Source: a virus. Taken from it: a stretch of 64,000 bases of DNA. Location of the stretch: positions 1 through 64,000 of IMG/VR virus record IMGVR_UViG_3300030451_004287; one strand, 5' to 3'. The position numbers and the translations under genes were made by a program. Every line of letters starts with the position of its first letter. The first letter of the stretch is position 1. Below, piece by piece: positions 48,128-58,261 of the stretch. The notes below the pieces were generated by a model. The model was not told where the DNA came from and searched no databases. It saw nothing but the letters and a program-made list of their open reading frames with translations.

Positions 48128-48261
48128 CGAACCTATAAAAAAACAATCAATAACAATGAGTACAATTTTAGGTAAAGCCTTAGAAGCAGTAGTGGGTTAT
48201 ATTGCTTTATGGTTTTTTAGACCCGTATGGGAAAGATTAGTAAGGTGGTTTTATAAAAAAG

Positions 48262-48909
48262 ATGAATCAGACAACAGTTAAATTTATTACGGCTACTCCA
48301 GATGCTGAAAAACTAATAGCTTATTGTGCTAGAGTTAGCAATCCTAGCAATCAATCTAATGAAGAATATTCTAAACTTTTAAAGTATTGTATAGATCATG
48401 GTCACTGGTCTATTTTTGAAATGGCTAATATGGTATTAGAAATAAATACCAGCAGAGGCATCGCTGCACAGATATTAAGGCATCGTAGTTTTAACTTCCA
48501 AGAATTTTCTCAAAGATATGCTGATGCTACTCATCTTGGAGATACAATAAATGTACCAGACCTTAGAAAACAAGACCCAAAGAATAGACAGAATAGTACA
48601 GATGATCTTAATGAATACAAAGAAACTATTTATAAGGCTCAGATAAGAGAATTATTTGCAAAGTCAAAATACTTATATGATCTCATGGTGAGAGATGGAG
48701 TTGCTAAAGAGTGCGCAAGATTTGTGCTACCTTTAGCTACACCAACAAGAATGTATATGAATGGAACGATCAGATCATGGATTCATTACATTGATTTAAG
48801 AAGCGGTCATGGAACGCAAAAAGAACACGCAAGTATAGCAAATATGTGTAAAAGTATATTTTGCGAAAGGTTTCCTATAATTAGTCAAGCATTATCTTGG
48901 AAATCTTAA
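48262..48909 (+). CDS. thyX: Flavin-dependent thymidylate synthase
   Basis: H.SIFE, QILRHRSF.FQEFSQRY, ECARFVLP, TQKEH. Confidence 0.97.
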   Translation: MNQTTVKFITATPDAEKLIAYCARVSNPSNQSNEEYSKLLKYCIDHGHWSIFEMANMVLEINTSRGIAAQILRHRSFNFQEFSQRYADATHLGDTINVPDLRKQDPKNRQNSTDDLNEYKETIYKAQIRELFAKSKYLYDLMVRDGVAKECARFVLPLATPTRMYMNGTIRSWIHYIDLRSGHGTQKEHASIANMCKSIFCERFPIISQALSWKS

Positions 48910-48945
48910 ATAAAAGTGTATTATACTCTATAAGGAGAGTATAGC

Positions 48946-49344
48946 ATGAAAACTAATAAATACCTAGATCGTTTAAATAATTATAAATTCCCAGAAGAAG
49001 CAATCGCTCGTAAGGTATACAAGTACGAAAATCCCCGAACTGGGCAGATTTACGAATATAATCGCACAGGATACTATGTTAAAGATGGTGTTGTGCTAAG
49101 ATTGCTGCCTGCTAGTGCAGAAGCGGACAGACCCGGTTTATGGGAAAATATCCGTAGAAAAAAAGAACGTGAAGGGAAAAATTACAAACCGGCTAAAACT
49201 GTCAAAGAAGGCAGACCAACTCAAGAGCAATTAAAGAGGGCGCAATCAGAACCAACTGAAAAACAGAAAAAGGCTCTTGATAAAAATAAAGACGGTAAAA
49301 TAACTAAAGAAGATTTTGAATTACTTCGCAAAGGTAAAAAATAA
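48946..49344 (+). CDS. Late basic protein with EF-hand-like C-terminus
   Basis: LDKNKDGKITKEDF; GLWENIRRK; GTGTAT motif upstream. Confidence 0.6.
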   Translation: MKTNKYLDRLNNYKFPEEAIARKVYKYENPRTGQIYEYNRTGYYVKDGVVLRLLPASAEADRPGLWENIRRKKEREGKNYKPAKTVKEGRPTQEQLKRAQSEPTEKQKKALDKNKDGKITKEDFELLRKGKK

Positions 49345-49380
49345 AAGGATGAGCCACAATCCTAAACAAAAGGATATGTG

Positions 49381-51753
49381 ATGTTTAAAAAAACTATAGT
49401 ATTATGTATACTATTCAGTATGTGTAATATTGTTATAGCACAGGAAACTGGTATAAAATTCTTTGAAAAGAATATCAGGTCTGTGTTGACTACTCAATGT
49501 TATTCCTGTCATTCTTCTAATTCTAAAGATGTCAAAGGTGGATTGTCTTTAGATACTAGACAGGGTATATTAAATGGTGGTGATTCTGGGCCATCAGTTG
49601 TTCCCGGTAAGATAGATGAGAGTTTATTATTAGACTATATCGAGTCTGGTGATATGCCACCAGATAATCCTTTGAGTGAAGAAGTTGTAGATAATTTTAG
49701 ACAATGGATTAAAATGGGTATGCCTGACCCAAGATATAAACATGAGAATAGAGCAGTAGAATTAAGACAAGCTAGAAATTTCTGGGCATTTAAAAAAGCT
49801 ACTAAACCGCCTGTTGTTAAATATGATAATGGTACAGAGATAGACGCAATATTGAATCTAGAAATAGAAAAACATAAACTAAAACCAGTAGATGCGGCAG
49901 ACGATTACACTATTGTTCGTAGACTTTATTTTGATCTGATCGGCCTACCACCAAGTATTGAACAAATAAAAGGCTACATAGATGATACCTCAGAGGATAA
50001 GTATGAAAAGTTAGTTGATAGTTTATTGCAGGATGAAGGGTTTGGAGAGAAATGGGGACGACATTGGCTTGATGTAGCAAGGTATGCGGAATCATCTGGA
50101 CAGGATAGGAATTTAGTTAGTCCGTATGCTTGGAGGTATAGAGATTATGTTATAGATAGTTTTAATAACGATAAACCATACGATCAATTTATTACAGAAC
50201 AAATCGCTGGGGATTTACTTCCACATAAAAATTATGAAGAATATAATTCTAACAGGATAGCCACAGGCTTTTTAACAATAGGTACAAAGAATATACAAGC
50301 ACAGATAAAACAGTTTGAAGCTGATCGTAATGATGACCAGATAGATGCTATTACTAGAGGTTTTCTTGGTATGACTTTAAGTTGTGCAAGATGTCATGAT
50401 CATAAGTTTGATCCATTTTCTCAACAAGATTATTATGGTGTTGCTGGCGTATTTAATAATACAGAAAACATGGATGGCTTGTATCGTGGTAATAATAATA
50501 CTGGCTATCTTGGTGACTACGATTTTCTTGTCAATGATAAAACTGAAGAATTATATAAAAAGAAAAAGATTCAAGAGTGGTTTTTACTTTGTGATATTAA
50601 AAATTTAGAAATGCAAATAGAATCTATTAAGACATGGAATAAAAGAGTAACAGAGCAGCAGTTGAAACGAGAACTAGATAAAAGAGAAAAACGATTAGCA
50701 GAAGCAAGGGATAAACTGTCAGACGAGTATTTAAAATACTTAGAACATTTAGAGCCTATTATGTCTGTTAAAGACAAGGACAAGATGACAGAAGTAAAAC
50801 TAGCGATTAGAGGAGAAGTTAATAATCTGGGTGATGAAGTACCAAGAAGATTACCTGAGATATTTAGCGATAGACCTAATCTTAACTTTAATAATACAAG
50901 TGGGCGTTATGAATTAGCGAAATGGATAACACATAAAACTAACCCATTGACTTATAGGGTTCATGTAAACAGGGTGTGGAGACATCTGTTTGGTCAAGGA
51001 ATATTAGATAGTTTTGATAACTTTGGCATATTAGGTGGAGAACCCACTAATCTTAAACTTATGAACTATTTATCTACTAAGTTTATTACGGGTAGACTGT
51101 CAAACAAAAGACTGATTAAAACTATTGTAATGAGTAATGCTTACAAACGTAGTAGTAAGTTTGATAAATATAACTACGAGATTGATCCTGATAATATTTA
51201 TTTTTGGAGAATGAATGAAAAGAGATTAGAGGCTGAACAAATTAGAGATTCATTATTATTTGTATCAGGCAAGCTGGATGAATCGCACAAAAATATTAGT
51301 GATTTTCAACAAGATATAAGACGACCATCTAAAGAATTAAATAAATATATCGGAGAAACAAAAGCTAGATCAATTTACATTCCATCGCTAAGAGATAATA
51401 AGATCGAGGTACTAGACATATTTGATAGACCAGATAATAGTTTACTTAATGCTGAAAGAAGTGTTACGACAGTTTCTACTCAAGCGTTGTTCCTTATGAA
51501 TAATCCTAAGATTATAGCACTAGCAAAAGAACAGGCAGATAAATTACTGGAGCGTAATAAGAAGATGGGTAAAACTATGCCTAAGATATTATATCGTAAT
51601 AACGTAAATGAAATATTTTTAAAATTTTTAGGACGTAGACCTAACAACACCGAACTAGAAACATCAATAAATTTTATAGAAAAAGATAATAACAATCTTG
51701 CACACTTAACACAAATACTAATCTGCACAGGAGAATTTCGTAATGTTAAATAG
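49381..51753 (+). CDS. Planctomycete cytochrome c + DUF1549 + DUF1553 (PSD1) protein
   Basis: Signal peptide, CYSCH, RRLYFDLIGLPP, WGRHWLDVARYA, CARCHDHKFDP, NR.W..LFG.G, RLEAEQIRDS, QALFLMN. Confidence 0.93.
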   Translation: MFKKTIVLCILFSMCNIVIAQETGIKFFEKNIRSVLTTQCYSCHSSNSKDVKGGLSLDTRQGILNGGDSGPSVVPGKIDESLLLDYIESGDMPPDNPLSEEVVDNFRQWIKMGMPDPRYKHENRAVELRQARNFWAFKKATKPPVVKYDNGTEIDAILNLEIEKHKLKPVDAADDYTIVRRLYFDLIGLPPSIEQIKGYIDDTSEDKYEKLVDSLLQDEGFGEKWGRHWLDVARYAESSGQDRNLVSPYAWRYRDYVIDSFNNDKPYDQFITEQIAGDLLPHKNYEEYNSNRIATGFLTIGTKNIQAQIKQFEADRNDDQIDAITRGFLGMTLSCARCHDHKFDPFSQQDYYGVAGVFNNTENMDGLYRGNNNTGYLGDYDFLVNDKTEELYKKKKIQEWFLLCDIKNLEMQIESIKTWNKRVTEQQLKRELDKREKRLAEARDKLSDEYLKYLEHLEPIMSVKDKDKMTEVKLAIRGEVNNLGDEVPRRLPEIFSDRPNLNFNNTSGRYELAKWITHKTNPLTYRVHVNRVWRHLFGQGILDSFDNFGILGGEPTNLKLMNYLSTKFITGRLSNKRLIKTIVMSNAYKRSSKFDKYNYEIDPDNIYFWRMNEKRLEAEQIRDSLLFVSGKLDESHKNISDFQQDIRRPSKELNKYIGETKARSIYIPSLRDNKIEVLDIFDRPDNSLLNAERSVTTVSTQALFLMNNPKIIALAKEQADKLLERNKKMGKTMPKILYRNNVNEIFLKFLGRRPNNTELETSINFIEKDNNNLAHLTQILICTGEFRNVK

Positions 51754-53032
51754 ACGAGGTTTATTACAAGCTAGTAGTTTCGGTTTCGGTATGCTCGCTC
51801 TCAAAGGATTGATGGCAGAAGAAGTAATGAAGAATAATAAGAGAGTTATATTCATGTACATGAATGGAGGTATGACTCATACGGATACCTTTGATTATAA
51901 ACCTTTAATGGTAGAAAAAGATGGAATAGATGATCCTATAAGTAAAGGTAGAAAGATTGTAAAACCAGCAGTGCCTTTAACTCCAGCAGGAAAAAGTGGT
52001 ATAGAAATTAGTGAGAACTTTCCACACCTGCGTAAACATGCAGATAGTTTATGCTTGTTAAATGGCATGAAGAGTAAAACAGGTAATCACAATCAGGCCA
52101 GAAGTTTATTGCATACAGGTAATTTTCAATTCAGTAGACCTAGTATGGGTAGTTGGTTGTTGTATGGTTTGGGTACAGAGAATAAAGAGTTACCGGGATT
52201 CATAACTATAGATGCAAATATCGGGCCTGATAATTATGGAAGTTCTTTTTTACCGGCAGTATATCAAGGCACTGCTATTAATGCTGGTAGTAAAAGCCCT
52301 ATCCCTAATCTTAAAAGTCCGATAGCTTTAGAGAAACAGAGAGAGAACTTAGATTTTCTTAGAGATTTAAACAATCATCAATTAGCCAACAGCGAAAATA
52401 GCAGGCTAGAAGGACTCATTGAAAGTTATGAGTTAGCTTTTAGAATGCAAACAAGTGTTCCTAATACTATTGACATATCAAAAGAATCACAAGAAACCTT
52501 ACAAAAATATGGCATCAACGATAAAGCTACTGCTAAATTTGGCAAACAGTGTTTATTAGCTAAGAAATTTAGTGAGGCAGGAGTTAGGTTCGTAGAGATT
52601 GGTCATGGTGGATGGGATATGCACCAAAATATTAATGACAACTTAAAAAAGAATACTAATGCTATTGATAAACCTATCGCTGCTTTGATACAAGACCTAA
52701 AAGACTCTGGGTTGTTTGAAGATACAATTATATTATTTGGAAGTGAGTTTGGTAGAACTCCCGGTATAAAAGAAGGAGCCACGGGTAGAGACCATAACAA
52801 TGGTGGATTTAGTATGTGGATGGCAGGTGGTGGAGTCAAGGGTGGTATCAGGCATGGTTCCACAGATGATTTTGGTCATAAAGCCGTAGATAGTATGGAT
52901 ATGCACGATTTACACGCTACAATATTACATCTCATGGGAATAGATCATAGTAAACTGACATATAGATATAGTGGTAGGGATTTTAGACTCACTGATGTCT
53001 TTGGGAATATACAATATGATATTATCTCATGA
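51743..53032 (+). CDS. DUF1501 protein
   Basis: NRR.LL, VIF.YM.GG.TH.DTFDYKP, YELAFRMQ, GVRFV, GWD.H, EFGRTP, GRDH, RDFRLTDV.G. Confidence 0.93.
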   Translation: MLNRRGLLQASSFGFGMLALKGLMAEEVMKNNKRVIFMYMNGGMTHTDTFDYKPLMVEKDGIDDPISKGRKIVKPAVPLTPAGKSGIEISENFPHLRKHADSLCLLNGMKSKTGNHNQARSLLHTGNFQFSRPSMGSWLLYGLGTENKELPGFITIDANIGPDNYGSSFLPAVYQGTAINAGSKSPIPNLKSPIALEKQRENLDFLRDLNNHQLANSENSRLEGLIESYELAFRMQTSVPNTIDISKESQETLQKYGINDKATAKFGKQCLLAKKFSEAGVRFVEIGHGGWDMHQNINDNLKKNTNAIDKPIAALIQDLKDSGLFEDTIILFGSEFGRTPGIKEGATGRDHNNGGFSMWMAGGGVKGGIRHGSTDDFGHKAVDSMDMHDLHATILHLMGIDHSKLTYRYSGRDFRLTDVFGNIQYDIIS

Positions 53033-53065
53033 TGGTGTATAATTTAAAAGAGGAGAATATATACA

Positions 53066-53512
53066 ATGCAAACTAATAAATACCTAGAAGCCCTGAAAGC
53101 AATAGCTTTACAAAGAGGTAAGCCGGGGCCGAATGATCCAAGAAAAACCCCTGCACCTAAGAAAGACCGTAAAAAAGGATCAAAGAAAAATAAACCAGAT
53201 AGTGCTAAAGATGATAAGGGTAAGATTACGTTCAGTAAAAAAACTGTTGACAGATTAAAGAAAAAAGCGGCTGAACATAATGAAAAAGGTAAAGGAAGTA
53301 AAGCAACATTAGGCGCATTGAAAGCGGTGTATCGTAGAGGTGCTGGAGCATTTAGTACGAGTCATGCTCCTAAAATGAGTAGAGATGGATGGGCGATGGC
53401 AAGAGTCAACGCATTTTTATACTTACTTAGAAATGGCAAACCATCTAATCCAAACTATAAACAAGATAATGATCTTTTACCAAAAGGTCATCCAAGAAGT
53501 TCTAAAAAATAA
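53066..53512 (+). CDS. Late basic protein (DUF5824-like)
   Basis: LKAVYRRG.GA...SH.P......WA.ARVN.FL; GTGTAT motif upstream. Confidence 0.55.
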   Translation: MQTNKYLEALKAIALQRGKPGPNDPRKTPAPKKDRKKGSKKNKPDSAKDDKGKITFSKKTVDRLKKKAAEHNEKGKGSKATLGALKAVYRRGAGAFSTSHAPKMSRDGWAMARVNAFLYLLRNGKPSNPNYKQDNDLLPKGHPRSSKK

Positions 53513-53823
53513 TGTTTTCTTTTTTTAGTTTTAGATATTTTAGATATGCTAGGAGATCAAGTAAGTGGTCTGCTGTCAGAAAAGAACACTTAAAAAAACA
53601 ACCTTGCTGTGCTGCTTGTGGAAAAACATCTAAACTAGAAGTTCATCATATTAAACCTGTACATAAATTTCCAGAACTAGAATTAGATCCAGACAATCTA
53701 ATAACTCTTTGTGCTGATCCGTGCCATATTATATTTGGGCATTTAAAAAACTGGAAAAGCTGGAACTTGGAAGTAGCAACGGATTGTAATAGATACTATA
53801 CTAAATTGAAAAACAGACCTTAA
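53512..53823 (+). CDS. HNH endonuclease
   Basis: C.ACG..LEVHHI.P...NLITLC...CH..FGH. Confidence 0.85.
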   Translation: MFSFFSFRYFRYARRSSKWSAVRKEHLKKQPCCAACGKTSKLEVHHIKPVHKFPELELDPDNLITLCADPCHIIFGHLKNWKSWNLEVATDCNRYYTKLKNRP

Positions 53824-53836
53824 AAGAGGTGGTACA

Positions 53837-54625
53837 ATGAAGAAAGCGATATTAGCATTAGCAATTATGCTATGTGGGTCATTTGGTTTTGCTGGCACTA
53901 TTGATCCAAGTGTTGCAGATAGTAAGTATCTGGAGTTTGGAGAAAAATTTGGATGTGTAAAAAAAATAGAGGTTGACTATGAAACTAAAGAAAAAGGTAA
54001 AAGTTTAGTAGGTTGTGCTTCTTGCGTAGTTATTGGAGATAATTGGGTTTTAACAAGTGCTCACATTTTATTAGCTAAAGCAGAATGCGTATATGTTATT
54101 CATAATGAACATAGACATGTAGTAGATAAAATGTACATTCATAAAGATTTTGATTTTGATCCTAAAAGTGTTCAAGCTGTTGACGAACCATTTGCTGATT
54201 TAGCTTTATGTCATGTCAGAGGTAAACCAGAATTTGAATTTAAAGCATCTATAGTAGATGATAGTGTAATTAATGTTAAGGGTAAAGTAGTGGCTATTTG
54301 TGGATTCGGGGCAAGTGGAACACTCTCAACCGGAGCAACTAGCTTTGATCGCAAAAGGCGAGCAGGGTCAAATATAATTGATGATATTGAAAAAGATATT
54401 TTATTAGCAGGTTCTAGAAAAAATGAGTCTAGGCAAACAACATTAGAGATGTTGGTAGCAACAGGAGATAGTGGGGGTGGGCTTTTTATTGATGGCAAAT
54501 TACTCGGAATTATATCATTCATCAGATCAAGTGATGGTACTAATTCAGATTACGGCGATAGTAGTGGCTTTCTTGATCTACGACAATATAAAAGGTGGAT
54601 AAATGACATTATTGAAAAGAGATAG
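53837..54625 (+). CDS. Trypsin-like (S1) serine protease with signal peptide
   Basis: VLTSAH, DLAL, GDSGG. Confidence 0.9.
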   Translation: MKKAILALAIMLCGSFGFAGTIDPSVADSKYLEFGEKFGCVKKIEVDYETKEKGKSLVGCASCVVIGDNWVLTSAHILLAKAECVYVIHNEHRHVVDKMYIHKDFDFDPKSVQAVDEPFADLALCHVRGKPEFEFKASIVDDSVINVKGKVVAICGFGASGTLSTGATSFDRKRRAGSNIIDDIEKDILLAGSRKNESRQTTLEMLVATGDSGGGLFIDGKLLGIISFIRSSDGTNSDYGDSSGFLDLRQYKRWINDIIEKR

Positions 54626-55529
54626 AGTTTCCCTTCTTCCTTACATTAAAGAAAACATATATGGTTTAAATCCATATACTGATCAAATTACAGGATGGGA
54701 AATCAATAAATTAAATGTTAAAGATTATTGGAAGTACGGAATGGGTGAAGGAGTAAAAGTTGCAGTAATTGATACTGGTTGCGATCTTGATCATCCTGAT
54801 TTAAAAGATAATTTATTAGATAATGGCTATGATTTTATTAATGATAATGATGACCCGTCAGATGATAATGGTCACGGTAGTCATGTGGCAGGAACCATCG
54901 CTGCTTCTAATAATGGTTTAGGAATGGTTGGCGTTGCTCCTAAAGCGAAAATACTTCCTATTAAATCATTAGCTGGTGATGGGTCTGGTGGATTAAAGTC
55001 AATCGTTTTAGGTATACTATGGGCCGTTGAACAAAAGGTTGACATCATCACCATGAGTCTTGGAACTCCGTATCATTCTAAAGCATTACATGATGCTGTT
55101 AAACTAGCGCATTCTAGAGGTATATTATTATTCTGTGCTGCTGGTAATTCTGGCTACAGAGATAATATTATGTATCCAGCAAGATATCCAGAAACAATTA
55201 GTATAGCGGCTATAGATGAAAAATTAAACAGAACGGATTTTAGTTGTAGTGGAAATAGCTTAGACTTTCTAGCACCGGGTCATAATATTTTAAGTTGTGT
55301 TCCTGATGATTCTTACGCTAAAATGAGTGGTACTAGCATGAGCAATCCATTTGCTGCTGGTTGTGCTGCTCTAGCTTTTTCTTCAGTCGGTAAAATGTCT
55401 AGAAGAAAACTAATAGATTTATTTTCTAAGTATACTCTAAAGCTAAAAGATCCTAGTCATGCAGGAATAGTTAAGTATGAGGGTAATGGGATTATAGTAC
55501 CTATTAACCCTTCCCTTCTGCATAATTAA
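54603..55529 (+). CDS. Subtilisin-family (S8) protease
   Basis: VAVIDTG, HGSHVAG, AAGN, SGTSM. Confidence 0.95.
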   Translation: MTLLKRDRVSLLPYIKENIYGLNPYTDQITGWEINKLNVKDYWKYGMGEGVKVAVIDTGCDLDHPDLKDNLLDNGYDFINDNDDPSDDNGHGSHVAGTIAASNNGLGMVGVAPKAKILPIKSLAGDGSGGLKSIVLGILWAVEQKVDIITMSLGTPYHSKALHDAVKLAHSRGILLFCAAGNSGYRDNIMYPARYPETISIAAIDEKLNRTDFSCSGNSLDFLAPGHNILSCVPDDSYAKMSGTSMSNPFAAGCAALAFSSVGKMSRRKLIDLFSKYTLKLKDPSHAGIVKYEGNGIIVPINPSLLHN

Positions 55530-55635
55530 TAACCAATTATCTTGGATTGTAAAGCTAGAATTTTTTAAAAAAAAACTTGACAATCGGAAGGTTTGTGGTA
55601 GTATAACTATAACGAAACTCGTAAGATAAGGTAAG

Positions 55636-55818
55636 ATGCAAGAGTTTGAAGATCGTAAAAATTTAAGAAGAGATAACCTGAAGCAGAAGAAATGCAAATC
55701 TTCTAAATCTGAATCTGATGGTAGAGAGCTAAAAAGAAAAACTAAATCTTTTAAATATCAAAAGAGGCAAGATTATGAAGACGAACAATGGGAACAATGG
55801 CAAGAACACTATAGGTAG
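55636..55818 (+). CDS. Small basic protein
   Basis: AAGGT RBS; TTGACA promoter upstream. Confidence 0.5.
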   Translation: MQEFEDRKNLRRDNLKQKKCKSSKSESDGRELKRKTKSFKYQKRQDYEDEQWEQWQEHYR

Positions 55819-56038
55819 AAAAGTAATAAGATTTGTGAAATCTCTTTACAATCATATTACCAAAGGTATGCCTAAGTGTAGTCAGTTCGAAATTGATTCA
55901 AGATATTTAATCTGCCAAGAGTGCGAATCATATTATAATAACCAGTGCTTAGAGTGTGGTTGTTCAGTTAATAGGAACAAGGAATTAATGAATAAGCTGG
56001 CATGGAAAGATCAATCATGCCCTCTTCATAAATGGTAA
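55775..56038 (+). CDS. Cys-rich zinc-binding protein
   Basis: R..IC.EC ... C.ECGC ... CP..KW. Confidence 0.65.
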   Translation: MKTNNGNNGKNTIGRKVIRFVKSLYNHITKGMPKCSQFEIDSRYLICQECESYYNNQCLECGCSVNRNKELMNKLAWKDQSCPLHKW

Positions 56039-56039
56039 A

Positions 56040-56546
56040 ATGAAAACAATTAATAAGTATAATTGTATAAAGAAGAAAAACCTGTTCGATGTTATTGAAC
56101 AAATACTCAAGGTTAATACTTCTACTAATATATTAGTGCCGTTTGTTTCTTCTGATAATATAGATTTTTCTAATAGATTTATTAAAGCTAGTTTTGATCG
56201 TTATAAAGGTTTTGAAACTAACTTTACTCTTAATAAACCTGTAATCGGTAAGGTTGATTTTTTTAATGTAAAAACAACTAAGTATAAAAATTCTATTATA
56301 TTTGCTAGTATGCCTTGCCATCATATGAAATCTTATGGTAGAAAAATAAATTACGGAGAATTAGCGTCATGTATGCATCAAATTAAAAACACTATTAAAA
56401 GATCTAAAACTTCTAACGATGAATTTAAGATTGAAATACACTCACCAAAATTTGGTACAGGAGTTTCTGGAGGTGATTGGAGAATCATATCAGAACTTAT
56501 AAATGATGTTTGGTCTAATGTAGGAGTCTTTATATATGAACCTTGA
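56040..56546 (+). CDS. Macro-domain-like protein
   Basis: INY..L..CM, IH.PKFGTG..GGDW..I..LI. Confidence 0.6.
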   Translation: MKTINKYNCIKKKNLFDVIEQILKVNTSTNILVPFVSSDNIDFSNRFIKASFDRYKGFETNFTLNKPVIGKVDFFNVKTTKYKNSIIFASMPCHHMKSYGRKINYGELASCMHQIKNTIKRSKTSNDEFKIEIHSPKFGTGVSGGDWRIISELINDVWSNVGVFIYEP

Positions 56547-56698
56547 GCAATTAATTATTTTTTGTTTAATTATGTATTCTGGTTGGTACGGCTGGAAGCA
56601 AGCAGGTAAAAAAATTCAAGCCACAAGGAAGGGTGAGCTTCCCGGTTACAACTCCAAAGATAATCAATCATACTTTTTCTTTATAGATTACGATTAAT

Positions 56699-57229
56699 AT
56701 GCAAAAATTATTAGGACACAGAGTTTACCTAGCAGGCCCAATGGATCGTGTTAAGGATAGAGGTAGAACTTGGAGAAATAAAATTACTCCTACATTATCG
56801 TCAATGGGTTTAAATGTTTTAAATCCTTTGAAGAAGCCAACCTCTGTTGGGTTGGAAAATAACGATACTGCTGAATACAAAAATAAACTTAAAAAGAAAC
56901 AAGAGTACGATAAACTATCTTCTTTAATGAAAGAAATTAGGGCTGTTGATTTAAGAATGGTAGATACTAGTGATTTTATAATAGCTAGTTTAGATTTAGA
57001 TGTACATTTGTGTGGAACTTTAGAAGAAATATTTTGGGCTAATAGACAAAAGAAACCTATATTAATTCGTATGGAGCAAGGCAAAAAGAATACTCCAGAC
57101 TGGTTGTTCGGAACTATCCCTCATGAATTTATATTTGACGACTGGGATTCTCTTGTATATTATATCAATGAAGTAAACAATGGAAATAACATAGAAACAT
57201 ACAACAGATGGTGTTTCTTTAATTATTAA
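56699..57229 (+). CDS. Nucleoside 2-deoxyribosyltransferase-like protein
   Basis: VYLAGPM, WR, NP, DL.MVD.SD, GT.EE, KP. Confidence 0.8.
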   Translation: MQKLLGHRVYLAGPMDRVKDRGRTWRNKITPTLSSMGLNVLNPLKKPTSVGLENNDTAEYKNKLKKKQEYDKLSSLMKEIRAVDLRMVDTSDFIIASLDLDVHLCGTLEEIFWANRQKKPILIRMEQGKKNTPDWLFGTIPHEFIFDDWDSLVYYINEVNNGNNIETYNRWCFFNY

Positions 57230-58261
57230 ATGAAGATTATACAAGATACAAAACTAGATTTTGATGACGTTTTAATTAAACCTAAAAGGTCTAATCTTAA
57301 AAGTAGATCAGAGGTAGTTCTCAATAGAGAATTTATTTTTCCTCACAGTGCTAGAAGTTTAGCATGTGTTCCTATATTTGCCGCCAACATGGACACTACA
57401 GGCTCTATGCAAATGGCAGACAAGTTGCAGGAATTTAATTGTTGCACCTGCTTGCATAAACACTACTCTCAAAAAGAATTAATTAAATATTTTAAAATAT
57501 ATAAACCTTTAGTGTTTTATTCGACAGGCATATCGTCTGCTGATATTAAAAAATTAACAGCAGTATTTGATCAATTAGATAAGAAGCCAAATATTTGTGT
57601 TGATGTTGCTAACGGCTATAGCGAAAACTTTGTAAAAGTTATAAAACAAATTAGAACATTATATCCAGATATAATTATCATGGCAGGTAATGTTGTAACA
57701 CCAGAAATGGTAGAAGAATTAATTTTTCATGGCGGTGTTGATATAGTTAAAGTTGGTATAGGTTCAGGTAGTGTTTGTACTACTAGATTAAAAACAGGGG
57801 TTGGCTACCCTCAACTTTCAGCTATTATGGAGTGTGCAGATGCCGCACATGGAGTTGGTGGTCATGTATGTAGTGATGGTGGTTGTAGAACCGCTGCCGA
57901 CGTATGTAAAGCATTTGGTGCTAATTCAGATTTTGTAATGTTAGGTAGTATGTTAGCTGGCACAGATTGCTGTGAAGGGGAATGGGAATATGTAGGAGAG
58001 ACAAAAAAAAGTTTAAATTTCTATGGTATGAGTAGCTGGAAAGCTATGAAAAAACATGGATCAGAAGTTGCTCAATATAGAACAAGCGAAGGCAAGTGTG
58101 TTAATATACCATACAAAGGTGAAACTTCTAAAGCAATTTTAGATGTTTTAGGAGGATTGCGAAGTTGTTGTACATATATAGGTTCTCATAAATTAAAAGA
58201 TATCGGTAAAAAAACTACTTTTATTTTAGTCAATAATACTCATAACAGGATATATAAATGA
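57230..58261 (+). CDS. guaC: GMP reductase
   Basis: LDFDDVLI.PKRS.L.SR, AANMDT.G, DVANGY, KVGIG.GSVCTTR, FYGMSS, SEGK; no CBS domains. Confidence 0.93.
   Translation: MKIIQDTKLDFDDVLIKPKRSNLKSRSEVVLNREFIFPHSARSLACVPIFAANMDTTGSMQMADKLQEFNCCTCLHKHYSQKELIKYFKIYKPLVFYSTGISSADIKKLTAVFDQLDKKPNICVDVANGYSENFVKVIKQIRTLYPDIIIMAGNVVTPEMVEELIFHGGVDIVKVGIGSGSVCTTRLKTGVGYPQLSAIMECADAAHGVGGHVCSDGGCRTAADVCKAFGANSDFVMLGSMLAGTDCCEGEWEYVGETKKSLNFYGMSSWKAMKKHGSEVAQYRTSEGKCVNIPYKGETSKAILDVLGGLRSCCTYIGSHKLKDIGKKTTFILVNNTHNRIYK

Noticed and set aside
55525-55536. ATTAATAACCAA as target of unit 33147 (predicted ATGAATAACCAA)
   Set aside because: One mismatch in an AT-rich 12-mer is expected by chance in 64 kb
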